Source of the DNA: Acidobacteriota bacterium
GTDB taxonomy: Bacteria; Acidobacteriota; UBA890; WLXD01
DNA length: 64,000 nucleotides
Direction of reading: 5' to 3'
NCBI GenBank assembly: GCA_965205505.1
Contig: CBDBHB010000009.1
Location: 1,088,001 to 1,152,000, forward strand
The translations under genes were made by a program, and so were the position numbers. This document shows positions 31,127 through 41,494 of this stretch, piece by piece (within the stretch, counting starts at the first letter, position 1; each line of letters begins with the position of its first letter). The notes below the pieces were generated by a model, which saw only the letters and a list, made by a program, of their open reading frames with translations, did not search any database and had not been told where the DNA came from.

Positions 31127-31878
31127 TCAGCGGTACTCCGGGTTCGGAAAGTCGAAGCGACATCCGGCCTCCCAGGCTGAGCGGCTGAGCGCTGATTGCC
31201 GTGCGCCGGAATACCTCCAGCGTCCTTGAGCATGCGCGCCATATGCAAGAGGTTCCACGCCAAGAAAGTGGTGTTGCGGTTGGTGAACTCGTTCTCGGGG
31301 CCACCTGACCCCTCGTCGAGATACGATGGGCCCGGGCCCGCCTCGCCCAGCCAGCAAGCATCGGCCTGCGGCGGAATGACATATCCCAGGTGCTGTAGGC
31401 AGTAGAGGATGTCCATCGAGCAGTGTTTGGCGCCGTCGTCGTTGCCGGTGATCAGGCAGCCGCCCACCTTGCCGTAGTAGGCGTACTGACCGTGCTCGTT
31501 GAGGTCGCCGGAGCTGGCGTAGAGACGCTCGATGGTGGATGTGCACACGGACGACTTTACGCCCAGCCAGATGGGCGAGGTGATGATGAGGATCTCGGCT
31601 GCCTTGACCTTTTCGTACAGCGCGGGCCAATCGTCGGATTCGAATCCTTGCTCGGTCATGTCGGGATACACGCCCGGGGCGAGGTAATGGTCCACTGGCC
31701 GGATGGTCTCTACGCTGACGCCGTTCTTCTCCATGATCGTCGCGCAGATGTCGATCAGACCTTGCGTGTGCGACATCTCGGGCGTGCGCTTGAGCGTGCA
31801 GTTGAAGATCAGTGCCTTGAGGTCGGAGAAGTCCCACTGACTGGTGGAACACCATTCCTCTTGTTGCGCGTTGAGCAT
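31127..31878 (-). pseudogene. Flavodoxin-family / NADPH-dependent FMN reductase-like protein with C-terminal frameshift
   Basis: NCTLK, SPIWLG; 8-bp tandem duplication GCTGAGCG (31176-31191) moves the tail NQRSAWEAGCRFDFPNPEYR out of frame. Confidence 0.8.
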
Positions 31879-31892
31879 AGAAACTCACTCCC

Positions 31893-33941
31893 CTATTCGT
31901 TGCGGTGACCGTCCATCCAGCCGACGATGTAGGCGATCTTCTGCATGAAGTGGCTGGGACGGCCTCGGATACCATGGCTTTCCCCGGGAACCCGTACCAG
32001 CACCGACTCGACGCCGAGCAGCTTCAGCGCCGCGTAGTATTGCTCAGATTCGGACATCGGCGTGCGGTAGTCAGCCTCTCCGGTGAGCACCATTGTTGGC
32101 GTTGTTACATTCTTGACCACGGACAGCAAGCTGCGTTGTTCGTAGTGCTCTGGATAGTCCCACGGCAACCCCGGGAACCAATACCTGACTCCGAACACCG
32201 AGATATCGGCGCTCAGCACCCAGCTGTACCAGTTGATCACCGGGTACACGGTGACCGCGGCGCGGAACCGTTCGGTGCGTCCGATGAGCCACGAGGTGAG
32301 CACGCCTCCACCGCTACCGCCGGTGACGAACAGCTGGTCGGGATCGATGTATCCGCGCTCGATGACTGCGTCGACCCCCGACATCAGGTCGTAAAAGTCA
32401 TCGCCCGGATACGCATGGTGGATCAGGTTGCCGAACTCCTCTCCGTAGCTCGTGCTGCCACGCGGATTGGTGTACAGCACTACGTACCCCGAAGCGGCCA
32501 TGAGCTGCTTCTCGACGTCCCACCGCGGTCCATAGGCGGCGAACGGCCCACCGTGGATCTCCAGGATGAGCGGGTACTGCTGGGTTGGATCGAAGCCCGG
32601 CGGTTTCAGGATCCAGCCTTGCACCTGGCGCCCATCGTGTGACGATTCGAACCAGATCTCCTCGAGCTCGGCCTGCTGCTTGTGGCCAAGCACATCGGAG
32701 TTGACGTCGGTGAGGCGTCGCGCCGGGTCACCGCGGCGGCCGACCGCGATATCGCCCGGCGATTCGGCGCTCGATAGCACGAAGGCAAACGTCCCGTCGT
32801 TCGCCAGACTGTAACCGGGGCCGCCGGCGTATGCGCTCCAGCCGCCGCCAGCGTCGCTGACGTGGTCCATCATCTCGCCGTCGAGATCGATGCTCGCTAA
32901 CCGGCTGCGACCCTCCGAGGTGTAGGTGAAGTAGATCTCGCGCCCGTCGGCGGAGAACTGCGGTGACGCCACGCTCCGACCCAGCTCGCCAGTCAACACA
33001 CGTGCTGAGCCACCGTCGCCGTCAGCCACGTACAGCTCGGTCAACTGGTAGCCCTGGTATCGGTCGTCGAAGCCCACATAGGCGATCGTGTCGCCGTCCG
33101 GGGAGCGGCTGATCGAGTTGTCCGGACCATGTCGCCGCGTCAGGGGGGTGGCTTCGCCCGATGCCACGTCGATCTGGTACACCTCGTAGTCGAGCGGCTC
33201 GAGATCGGACTCGGGCCTGAGGTTGGCGGAGATCAGCAGCGAGTTGCCGTCTGCGGACCAGACCACTTCCGAGCCGCCGAAGCCGGGCCCGCCGAACGAG
33301 CCCGCGCCGTGGGTGACCTGTCGGGCCGTACCGCCTTCTGCGGGAACGACGAACAGCTTCCAATCACCCCGCGGCAGGTACCCCACCGGATCGAAGCGGT
33401 AGAAGAGGCGGTCGATCACGCGCGCCGGCTCGGCCCACTCGGCGCCCGCGGGAGCAGGCACCAGGTCGGCGATCTGCGGGGGTGCTTCCTCCACCAGCGC
33501 CGAGAACGCCAGCTGCGTGCCGTCGGATGACCAGGCCAGGCCGCCCGGCGCCTGCTCGTGATGAGTCAGCTCCGACGTCTGGCCGGTGTCCATGTAGCGG
33601 ACCCAGATCTGCGCCGATCCCTCCTCCGACGACACGTAGGCGAGCCGATCGCCGGAGGGCGACCACCGGGGCGAGGCGTCGCTCTGCTTACCTGTGGTCA
33701 GCGGCCGGTGGTGGGTGCCGTCGACATCGACGATCCACACGTTGCTGTAGAAGCGATCTGTCTGGATGTCGGCGAATCCGCGCACGTACACCACGTGCGT
33801 GCCATCCGGCGAGATCTGCGGATCGCCGACGGTCTCGAGCTCGAACAGGTCGCGTAGGGTGAGCCGCGCGGCGTCGTCCGAGGCGACGCCCTCGGTGCCC
33901 ATGGCGAGGCAGAGACTGGCGAGCAGTAGCGCCTTTCGCAT
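31893..33941 (-). CDS. S9 family peptidase (acylaminoacyl peptidase-like)
   Basis: Beta-propeller then IHGGP, GGSGGG nucleophile elbow, D-Y-R and H. Confidence 0.92.
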   Translation of the reverse strand: MRKALLLASLCLAMGTEGVASDDAARLTLRDLFELETVGDPQISPDGTHVVYVRGFADIQTDRFYSNVWIVDVDGTHHRPLTTGKQSDASPRWSPSGDRLAYVSSEEGSAQIWVRYMDTGQTSELTHHEQAPGGLAWSSDGTQLAFSALVEEAPPQIADLVPAPAGAEWAEPARVIDRLFYRFDPVGYLPRGDWKLFVVPAEGGTARQVTHGAGSFGGPGFGGSEVVWSADGNSLLISANLRPESDLEPLDYEVYQIDVASGEATPLTRRHGPDNSISRSPDGDTIAYVGFDDRYQGYQLTELYVADGDGGSARVLTGELGRSVASPQFSADGREIYFTYTSEGRSRLASIDLDGEMMDHVSDAGGGWSAYAGGPGYSLANDGTFAFVLSSAESPGDIAVGRRGDPARRLTDVNSDVLGHKQQAELEEIWFESSHDGRQVQGWILKPPGFDPTQQYPLILEIHGGPFAAYGPRWDVEKQLMAASGYVVLYTNPRGSTSYGEEFGNLIHHAYPGDDFYDLMSGVDAVIERGYIDPDQLFVTGGSGGGVLTSWLIGRTERFRAAVTVYPVINWYSWVLSADISVFGVRYWFPGLPWDYPEHYEQRSLLSVVKNVTTPTMVLTGEADYRTPMSESEQYYAALKLLGVESVLVRVPGESHGIRGRPSHFMQKIAYIVGWMDGHRNE

Positions 33942-33967
33942 GTGTCAGACTTCTGGCTGGTTGCTGG

Positions 33968-35191
33968 TCAGTGGAGCGAGGCTTGCCGGCCGCGAGTATC
34001 GCGGTGGCTCGCTCGCGTAGCAAGGGGCGCCGACGAGCTGGACCGTCTGCGCGAAGCGCTGCGCGAGGTCGAGGAGGCGCAAGAGCGACTCCACAAGAAG
34101 GCAAAGGAGGTATTCGAGGCTTCGGCCGCCGGCTGATCTGGCGATCGATGTCGCGTCGATCTACCGCTGGCTTGCTCCGGTGCGCGAAGGCGTAGCACGA
34201 TGCTGCCTTCGCGAGTCCGGGCGATGAGCCTGGGACCGCCGCCGTTCAGTGATCCGCGGATGACGCGGCGATCCAGCGTTCCGTCGAAGCGCACCTCGCT
34301 GCGCATCGACAGGTCGTCGCCGCGCAGGTCCAGGTCGGCCGCCAGCTGCTCCGCGGCGCGAATCGTGATATTGCCTTCGCCGCTGCTCAGGCTCGTCTCG
34401 CCCAGCTGTTCGATGCCGACGTGAATGCTGCCGTCGTTGGTGCGTGCGTCCATCGGTCCGGCAACTGCGCTCACCACGATGTCACCATCGCTGGTGCGGA
34501 CCTCGATGCCCTCGGCGGCCAGCCGATCGCCGCTGATGTCTCCATCCGAGGTGTCGATCACGATACCCGCCGCCTGTAACTCGCCGAGGCTCACATCACC
34601 ATCAGATGTGCCGATCTCGATCTGGCCGCCGATAATCCGGCGCACGCCAATGTCGCCGTCGGAAGTACGGATGACGACGTCGCCTGTGAGACTCTCCGCG
34701 CTGATGTCGCCGTCGGACGACCGCAATCGCACATCGCCCCGGAGGCTCTGCACCGCGATGTCGCCGTCTTCGGTACGCACGTCAGCGTCGTACTCTTCGG
34801 GCACGGTCACCTCGACCGTGATCGCGAAGCCGCCCCAATCGCGCCAATCCCAGTCGATGCCGTGTTCCCGGTCGGCCCGCAGGCTTACCTCGTCGGCGTT
34901 ACCGTCGGCGCGGAAGTTCATCGCCTCGAACCTGGCCCGACCGCGCTCCATGTTGCCTGCTCTGAGATACACCGCGAATCCGACGCGATCGGAGCCACCG
35001 TTGCGCAGCAACACGTCGGCGTTCGAAACGTCGATCGTCAGGCGGGCACCTGGCCGGGTGTCGAACTCGGCCGACATGACCAGCTGACGCGTTTCTTGCG
35101 CGTAGCTCGGCGTCGCGAGCATCAGGGTGGCGGCGCTAACCGCGGCGGCGACTCCCACTCGAAGCGAACCGAACGAACGACTGCGTTGCAT
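33968..35191 (-). CDS. DUF4097 beta-strand repeat protein
   Basis: Signal peptide; repeated (T/S)SDGDI units; C-terminal about 70 aa looks like a non-native extension. Confidence 0.8.
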   Translation of the reverse strand: MQRSRSFGSLRVGVAAAVSAATLMLATPSYAQETRQLVMSAEFDTRPGARLTIDVSNADVLLRNGGSDRVGFAVYLRAGNMERGRARFEAMNFRADGNADEVSLRADREHGIDWDWRDWGGFAITVEVTVPEEYDADVRTEDGDIAVQSLRGDVRLRSSDGDISAESLTGDVVIRTSDGDIGVRRIIGGQIEIGTSDGDVSLGELQAAGIVIDTSDGDISGDRLAAEGIEVRTSDGDIVVSAVAGPMDARTNDGSIHVGIEQLGETSLSSGEGNITIRAAEQLAADLDLRGDDLSMRSEVRFDGTLDRRVIRGSLNGGGPRLIARTREGSIVLRLRAPEQASGRSTRHRSPDQPAAEASNTSFAFLWSRSCASSTSRSASRRRSSSSAPLATRASHRDTRGRQASLH

Positions 35192-35394
35192 GGCTTCCTC
35201 CCTCATCTCGAATGCGCGGCGTCTCGTTGCTGATCGCGGCCTCCGGGTAGCTCCGCCCGAGCGCCCTGGCGCCACGCCACCTCAATGGGTTGGACGCCAG
35301 GCACCGCCGCCGGGTTGCAAGATCGTCGCCGAAGCCACCGCGAGGGCGTCCGGCCGCCACGCCGGCGAAACGCCGGGTGATATTCTCAGCGGTC

Positions 35395-36459
35395 ATGGTC
35401 TCAGCTCGATGTTGCCAGGCAGGCGTCATCAGCCTGCTGCTCGTTGGTGTCCAGGCGTCGCACGCGGCGGGGCTTACCGGAACGGTTGGCTCGCCGCGCC
35501 CAGCGTCGCAGGGCGAGAACATCAACGGCATGACCGTTTCCACTTCGCGCGGTAGCGCCGAGTGGGGCAAGGATGCCATCGTCGGCACCATTGCCGAGCT
35601 CAAGCAGCTCGGGGTCAACTGGATCTCCATCCACCCGTACGCCCGCATCGGTCGGGATGGCTCGGTGAGCTGGAGGCGCAACGAGGGCGATGCCGCGACG
35701 GCCCCGACGTGGCTGCGGCGGCCCATTGAAGAAGCCCATCGGCAGGGCTTGAAGATCTTCATCAAACCGCATCTGGGGTACTGGGGTAATTTCTCGTGGC
35801 GGGGCGAGATCGCCTTCCATACCGACGCCGAGTGGCAGCGGTTCTTCGACGAATACCGCCTTTGGGTCGCCGCGATCGCCAGGTTCAGCCACGACGCGGA
35901 TGCCTTCGCAGTAGGAACCGAGCTCGACAAGACCGTCGGCCACGAGGCCGATTGGCGTGAGGTGATTCGCGCCGTTCGCGCCGAGTACGACGGGCCGCTT
36001 ACCTATGCGGCCAACTGGACCGACTATGAGCGCATCCCGTTCTGGGACGCACTCGACGCCATCGGCGTGCAAGCGTATTTCCCGGTGCTCGAGGGCGCCG
36101 GGGACGACGCCGGCTTGCCGCCGCAGGAGGCGTTCGACGCCGGATGGCGGCGCATCATGAAGCGGATGCGCACCTTCAGCGAACGCTACGGCAAGACCGT
36201 GGTGTTCACGGAGCTGGGCTACAATCGCTCGGCGCGGGCCCCCTACGAGCCGTGGGACTACGAGGTCGGCGGGCCCAACGCCGACGAGCTGCAGCGACGT
36301 TGCATGCTCGCCGCGCTAGAGGCGCTGCAAGATGAGCCAAGCGTGGTGGGTGCCTTCCTGTGGAAGTGGTTCCCAGGTGATGCCCGACCGCGCGACTTCG
36401 AGATGTCGAGCGCGGCGATGCGCCAGGTGATCTCGCGGTACTGGAGCACCGACAGCTAG
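35395..36459 (+). CDS. GH113-like TIM-barrel glycoside hydrolase
   Basis: KPHL, VGTEL, TYAANW, FWDALDAIGVQAYFP, FTELGY, GAFLWKW; start uncertain. Confidence 0.8.
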   Translation: MVSARCCQAGVISLLLVGVQASHAAGLTGTVGSPRPASQGENINGMTVSTSRGSAEWGKDAIVGTIAELKQLGVNWISIHPYARIGRDGSVSWRRNEGDAATAPTWLRRPIEEAHRQGLKIFIKPHLGYWGNFSWRGEIAFHTDAEWQRFFDEYRLWVAAIARFSHDADAFAVGTELDKTVGHEADWREVIRAVRAEYDGPLTYAANWTDYERIPFWDALDAIGVQAYFPVLEGAGDDAGLPPQEAFDAGWRRIMKRMRTFSERYGKTVVFTELGYNRSARAPYEPWDYEVGGPNADELQRRCMLAALEALQDEPSVVGAFLWKWFPGDARPRDFEMSSAAMRQVISRYWSTDS

Positions 36460-36460
36460 C

Positions 36461-37666
36461 GTGGCCGACCTGACCGCCGACAGCACGACGCCCGAGAAGA
36501 CGCCGAAGCAACCGGAGGCCGTGCTCACTCGTCGCGGCGCGCAGCGCGTGCGCGGCCAGCACCCGTGGATCTACCGCAGCGATGTACTAGAGGTTCACGC
36601 CGCGGCTGGCGACCTGGTCCGCGTCAAGGGACCGCGAGGCCGTGAGGTCGGATATGCGCTCTACAGCGATGCTTCGCAGATCGCCCTACGACGGTTCTGT
36701 GACCGTGGGCCGCGCCCAGGTCTGCAGCTGTGGCGAGATCGATTGGAGGCCGCGATCGCGTACCGCCAGACGCTCGAGATCGATGCTGACGCCTACCGGT
36801 TGGTGCACGCCGAGGCCGACGGACTGCCGGCGCTGATCGTCGATCGGTACGCTGAGTATCTGGTCGTGCAGACGCTCGCCCAGGGGGTGGATCGACGTTG
36901 CCACGAGATCACCGAGCTGCTCGTGCAAATGCTCGCTCCAGCCGCCATCCTGGCGCGCAATGACAGGCGAGTGCGCGTGCTCGAGGGGTTGGAGCGGCGC
37001 ATCGACGTGCTGCACGGTGAGATCCCGAATCGAGTGCGGATCCGGGAAGGCTCCGCTCATCTGGAGGTCGACCTGAGAAGCGGGCAGAAGACGGGTCTCT
37101 TCCTGGATCAACGCGAGAATCGCGCTGCCGCACGCAACTATGCGCACGGTCGGCTGCTCGATTGCTTTGCCTACCAAGGAGCGTTCTCGCTGCAGCTGGC
37201 TTCGCGGTGCGACGAGGTGATCGCGCTGGATATTTCCGATGACGCGGTGGCAGCGATGCAACACAACGCCGAGATCAACGACGTGACGCTCGATGCACGA
37301 GCCGTCAACGCGTTCGACCACTTGCGCGAGCTGAGCGATCGGGGCGAGATATTCGATACGATCGTTCTCGATCCTCCGGCGTTTGCCAAGAACAAAGCGG
37401 CGCTGAAGGGCGCGCTAGGGGGCTACAAGGAGATCAACCTGCGCGCCCTGAAGCTGCTGCGGCCAGGTGGTCACCTGGTGACCTCGAGCTGCTCATACCA
37501 TGTCAGCGAGTCGGCTTTCCTGGCAGTGATCGAGGCGGCAGCCGCCGACGTGCGCGCCGAGCTGGTGCTGGTGGAGCGGCGTGGCCAAAGCCGCGATCAC
37601 CCGGTTCGCGTCGGCATGCCGGAGAGCCGTTACCTCAAGTGCATGATCCTCAGGAAGCTCGCCTAG
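36461..37666 (+). CDS. rlmI: RlmI-like class I SAM rRNA methyltransferase
   Basis: HPWIY PUA domain, GQKTGLFLDQRENR, LDPPAF, YLK. Confidence 0.85.
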   Translation: MADLTADSTTPEKTPKQPEAVLTRRGAQRVRGQHPWIYRSDVLEVHAAAGDLVRVKGPRGREVGYALYSDASQIALRRFCDRGPRPGLQLWRDRLEAAIAYRQTLEIDADAYRLVHAEADGLPALIVDRYAEYLVVQTLAQGVDRRCHEITELLVQMLAPAAILARNDRRVRVLEGLERRIDVLHGEIPNRVRIREGSAHLEVDLRSGQKTGLFLDQRENRAAARNYAHGRLLDCFAYQGAFSLQLASRCDEVIALDISDDAVAAMQHNAEINDVTLDARAVNAFDHLRELSDRGEIFDTIVLDPPAFAKNKAALKGALGGYKEINLRALKLLRPGGHLVTSSCSYHVSESAFLAVIEAAAADVRAELVLVERRGQSRDHPVRVGMPESRYLKCMILRKLA

Positions 37667-37764
37667 CACGCCATACTGCTGACCTGACCCCACGGTCAAT
37701 ACCCACGTCTTATCTCAGTAGCTCGGTGCGGGCGTACGCTGCGGCAGATGACTCACGGCCCCAC

Positions 37765-37885
37765 ACAAACCCTGTTAACAGCATTATAAGTATTTTATTT
37801 ATCGTGGAATAACTAATGATATGTTTTATTATCTTCTCAATAGTTTTGATATGTTATAAGAGTTGTCATCGAGCGTTGATTAACA
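37765..37885 (+). promoter_or_regulatory. Very AT-rich promoter region of the sugar operon
   Basis: AT tract in GC-rich DNA; TGATATGTT occurs twice. Confidence 0.55.
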
Positions 37886-37895
37886 GAGGGCAGGT

Positions 37896-38861
37896 ATGGA
37901 CAGCAAGCCAGTCTGTAGCGTTCTAGTGACCGGCGTGGCTGGGTACATTGGCTCGGTGCTCGCTCGCCAGCTGCTGGACGACGGGATCCGAGTGGTGGGC
38001 CTCGACCGCCTGCTGTTCGGTGATCACAGCATCTCCGAGCTCGGCGCCGATGATCGATTCGAGTTCGTTCACGGCGATGTGCGCCACGCCAAGTCCTATC
38101 GGAGCGCCCTAGACACTGTCGACGCCGTCGTTCATCTTGCCGCGATCGTCGGCGATCCAGCCTGTGCCCAGGACCCCGGGCTGGCACGAGAAACCAACCT
38201 CGACGCTTCTCTACAGCTGCTCCAGGCGGCAACCGACATCGGCTCGGTTCGTCGTTTCGTGTTTGCTTCGACGTGCAGCAACTACGGGCGCCATCCGTGG
38301 CGAGAGTACTGCTCTGAGACCTCGCCGCTGCGACCCCTGTCGTTGTATGCCGAGGCCAAGGTGGCAGTCGAGCGGGCGATTCTGGCGTCGCGGCCGAGCC
38401 CGATGGCGACGAGTTGCCTGCGCTTTGCCACTGCCTACGGCTTGTCGCCGCGCATGCGCTTCGATCTGACGGTGAACGAGTTCGCCCGCGAGGTATTCCT
38501 CGGCCGAACCCTGGAGATCTACGGCAAGCAGTTCTGGCGTCCCTACTGCCATACGACTGACCTGGCGCGTGCCTGCAGGTTGGTGCTCGGAGCCGGGCGT
38601 GAGCAGATTGATCACGCTGTGTTCAACGTCGGCTCAACGGCGGAGAACTACACCAAGGAGCACATTGCCGGCATGCTGCGCGAGCAACGTGCGGATGCCG
38701 ACATCCGATACGTCGCGAAGCGAGAGGATCCGCGCGACTACAAGGTCCGCTGCGAGCGAATCCGAGACACGCTCGGGTTCGTTCCCACGTATACGCTGGC
38801 GGCCGGAGTCAACGAGATCTTCGGTGCGCTAGAGGACGGACGCTTCTCGGACGTGGCGTAA
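37896..38861 (+). CDS. NAD-dependent epimerase/dehydratase
   Basis: TGVAGYIG, STCSNYG, YAEAK. Confidence 0.92.
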   Translation: MDSKPVCSVLVTGVAGYIGSVLARQLLDDGIRVVGLDRLLFGDHSISELGADDRFEFVHGDVRHAKSYRSALDTVDAVVHLAAIVGDPACAQDPGLARETNLDASLQLLQAATDIGSVRRFVFASTCSNYGRHPWREYCSETSPLRPLSLYAEAKVAVERAILASRPSPMATSCLRFATAYGLSPRMRFDLTVNEFAREVFLGRTLEIYGKQFWRPYCHTTDLARACRLVLGAGREQIDHAVFNVGSTAENYTKEHIAGMLREQRADADIRYVAKREDPRDYKVRCERIRDTLGFVPTYTLAAGVNEIFGALEDGRFSDVA

Positions 38862-38893
38862 GACCGGCTCCGCAACACGCGGGCGGCATAGTC

Positions 38894-39613
38894 ATGCAGG
38901 CGGTGGTTCTTGCGGGCGGCGCGGGCACGAGATTGCAGCCGCTGACGCAGTCGATCCCGAAACCTCTGCTGCCCGTTGGTCCTAGCACCGTGCTAGAGAT
39001 CGGACTCAAGAACCTTCGAGCCCATGGGGTGGACGAGGTGTTCATTGCCGCTCGCTATCGCGCCGATTTCGTTCGTGCGTTCCTGGGCGATGGGTCACGG
39101 CATGGTCTGAAACTACATGTCAGCGTCGAGGACGAACCGCTGGGAACCTGCGGGCCTGTGTCGCTACTCAGGAGTCATCTGACATCGCCGTTCATTGTCA
39201 TGAACGGCGATGTTCTGACGACTCTGTCGTTCAGCGATCTCTATCGACATGCCGTGGCATCCGCGGCAGAGCTGACCGTGGTCACTGTCGAAACGTAGGT
39301 GACGTTGCCGTACGGCCGCGTTGAGTGCGCCGAGAACCGTGTAACCGGTGTGCAGGAGAAGCCAGTGTTCAAGGTCGAGGTGATGGCCGGTATCTACGTC
39401 ATGAGGCCGAGCGTGATCGACCTCATTCCCGCCGGTCGCCCGTTCGGCGTCGACGACCTGATCCAGAAGATGTTGGCAGACGGACGCCACATCGAACGTT
39501 TCCCTACCGACGCGTACTGGCGGGATGTCGGCCATATCGACAGCTACCACCAGGCCAACGACGAGTACGACAACACCTTCGCCGAGCTCGTGGATTCGTC
39601 TCGAGTCGCGTAG
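38894..39613 (+). pseudogene. Sugar-phosphate nucleotidyltransferase with in-frame TAG at 39296-39298
   Basis: LAGGAGTRL..PKPL, EPLGT, NGD; same frame continues VTLPYG..EKP..AGIY..WRDVG. Confidence 0.85.
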
Positions 39614-39629
39614 GCCGCGAGGAGGCACA

Positions 39630-40793
39630 ATGGCAGTCGATGTGCGGATTCCCCTCACCGACCTTCAGATCGGCGATCGCGAAGTGGATGCGGTAACAGC
39701 CGTCCTTCGCTCGGGCTGGCTCACGTCGGGCCGGCAGACGAAGCTCTTTGAGCAGCGCTTCGCCACCATGCTCGGCACGCCGTACGCCCACGCCGTCAGT
39801 AGCTGCACGGCGGCGCTGCATCTCGCCTATGAGGCCCTGGAGGTCGGTGAAGGCGACGAGGTGATTTGCCCCGATCTGACATTCGTGGCCACAGCCAACG
39901 CGGTTCGCTACACCGGTGCTCGGCCGGTGTTCGCGAGGCCCGCCTCCGACGACGATTTGAACCTGGATCCGGCGCACGTCGAGGCGCTAGTGAGCCCCCG
40001 AACCCGTGCTATCTGTGTGGTGCACTATGCGGGGTTCGCCTGTGACATGACAGCGATACTGCAGATCGCTGAGCGATACGGGCTCCGCGTCGTCGAAGAT
40101 TGCGCGCATGCACCGTTCGCACGCGCGAACCTGACGGATGGTACTCACGCGCTCGGTACGATCGGCGACATCGGTTGCTTCAGCTTCTTCGGCACCAAGA
40201 ATATCTCGACCGGAGAAGGGGGCATGGTGGTCACGGCGGATGCCGAGTTCAGTGCGCTCGTCGACCGCCTGCGTACGCACGGCATCACTGTTCCGACCTT
40301 CGAGCGCCATCGCAAGAAAGTCCTGGGCTATGACGTCGAGGGCCTGGGCTTCAACTACCGTTTCGACGATATCCGCGCCGCCCTCGGCTTGGCGCAGCTC
40401 GAACGCGTCCATTCGATCAATGCCAAGCGTCGGCAGCTGGTGGCGAGGTACCGTCGCCTCCTGTCCGAGGTGGCCGGGGTCAAGGTGCCGTTCTCAGAGC
40501 GTGATCTGGAGAACTCCGCGTGCCATCTCATGCCGGTGTTAGTCGATGCCGACCCCGTTGCGGTGCGTGCCAGACTCCGGAAGGTCGGAATCCAAACGAG
40601 CAAGCACTACGAGCCCGTCAGCAGCCTCGCGCTCTATGGGGCGCGCACTGAAACCTCGACGGTTGCTCTCGCCCGTCGTCTGATGACGCTGCCGCTAGGT
40701 CCGCACATGAGCGGCGAAGACGTCGATACTGTCGTTGCCGCCCTGAGGGAGGCGATCCGGAACATCGGCGGACGAGCCAAGAGCGCGGCGTGA
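39630..40793 (+). CDS. DegT/DnrJ/EryC1/StrS sugar aminotransferase
   Basis: SSCTAALH, EDCAHA, FSFFGTKNISTGEGG; GAGGAGG RBS. Confidence 0.92.
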   Translation: MAVDVRIPLTDLQIGDREVDAVTAVLRSGWLTSGRQTKLFEQRFATMLGTPYAHAVSSCTAALHLAYEALEVGEGDEVICPDLTFVATANAVRYTGARPVFARPASDDDLNLDPAHVEALVSPRTRAICVVHYAGFACDMTAILQIAERYGLRVVEDCAHAPFARANLTDGTHALGTIGDIGCFSFFGTKNISTGEGGMVVTADAEFSALVDRLRTHGITVPTFERHRKKVLGYDVEGLGFNYRFDDIRAALGLAQLERVHSINAKRRQLVARYRRLLSEVAGVKVPFSERDLENSACHLMPVLVDADPVAVRARLRKVGIQTSKHYEPVSSLALYGARTETSTVALARRLMTLPLGPHMSGEDVDTVVAALREAIRNIGGRAKSAA

Positions 40794-41494
40794 TGCGCTA
40801 CGAGCGATCGATCTCGACCATCGTGCCAGTGCACGATGAGGCCGATGTGATCGAGGGCGCGATCGAGGCAATCGAGGCATTTCTGAGCCGCACGTTCATC
40901 GATTACGAGATCATCATCGTCGAGAGCGGCAGCACCGACGGGTCGGCGGAGATATGCGATCGAATCGGCACACAGCGCTCGCGCGTTCGGACGCGTCACG
41001 AGCCTGCCCGCCGGGGGTTCGGATCGGCTCTGCGGCTCGGCTTCGGCGAAGCAACGAAGGACCTCGTTTGGGCCGTGTCCGCCGATCTGCCGTTCCCTCT
41101 CGATGCTATCCACCAGGCGATGCCGCTTCTGGACGATCACGGCTGCGTTCTCAGCTATCGGTGTGAAGATGACCGTGGGCGATTCCGGCAGTTCCAGTCG
41201 GTGGTCTACAACGCGCTGGCCAAGGCGATGTTGGGACTACGGGTCCGGCACGTAAACTCGCAGCTCAAGCTTTACCATCGCGACGTCATACAGCGCCTGC
41301 CACTCCAGGCAGACGGCTGGCTCATCGACACCGAGGTCGTTTACCGGTTGGAGCGCTCCGGAACATCGTATGCCGAGATCCCTGTTGCGCTGACCGATCG
41401 GACTTCAGGTACCTCCACCGTCGGTGTGATCACACCATTCACCATCCTCTGGTATCTGGCGAAGTTCACCGCTACGCGTTGGAGTGATTCGTGA
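40793..41494 (+). CDS. GT2 glycosyltransferase (DPM1/ArnC-like polyprenol-phosphate GT)
   Basis: IVPVHDE, ESGSTDGS, GFGSALRLG, IDTE. Confidence 0.82.
   Translation: MRYERSISTIVPVHDEADVIEGAIEAIEAFLSRTFIDYEIIIVESGSTDGSAEICDRIGTQRSRVRTRHEPARRGFGSALRLGFGEATKDLVWAVSADLPFPLDAIHQAMPLLDDHGCVLSYRCEDDRGRFRQFQSVVYNALAKAMLGLRVRHVNSQLKLYHRDVIQRLPLQADGWLIDTEVVYRLERSGTSYAEIPVALTDRTSGTSTVGVITPFTILWYLAKFTATRWSDS

Noticed and set aside
34400-34790. Periodic repeats in the DUF4097 gene
   Set aside because: Protein-level SDGDI beta-strand repeats, not a CRISPR array or DNA repeat.
37676-37712. TGACC and CCCACG short repeats as the left att arm of the island
   Set aside because: Too short, and no tRNA-derived core sequence nearby.
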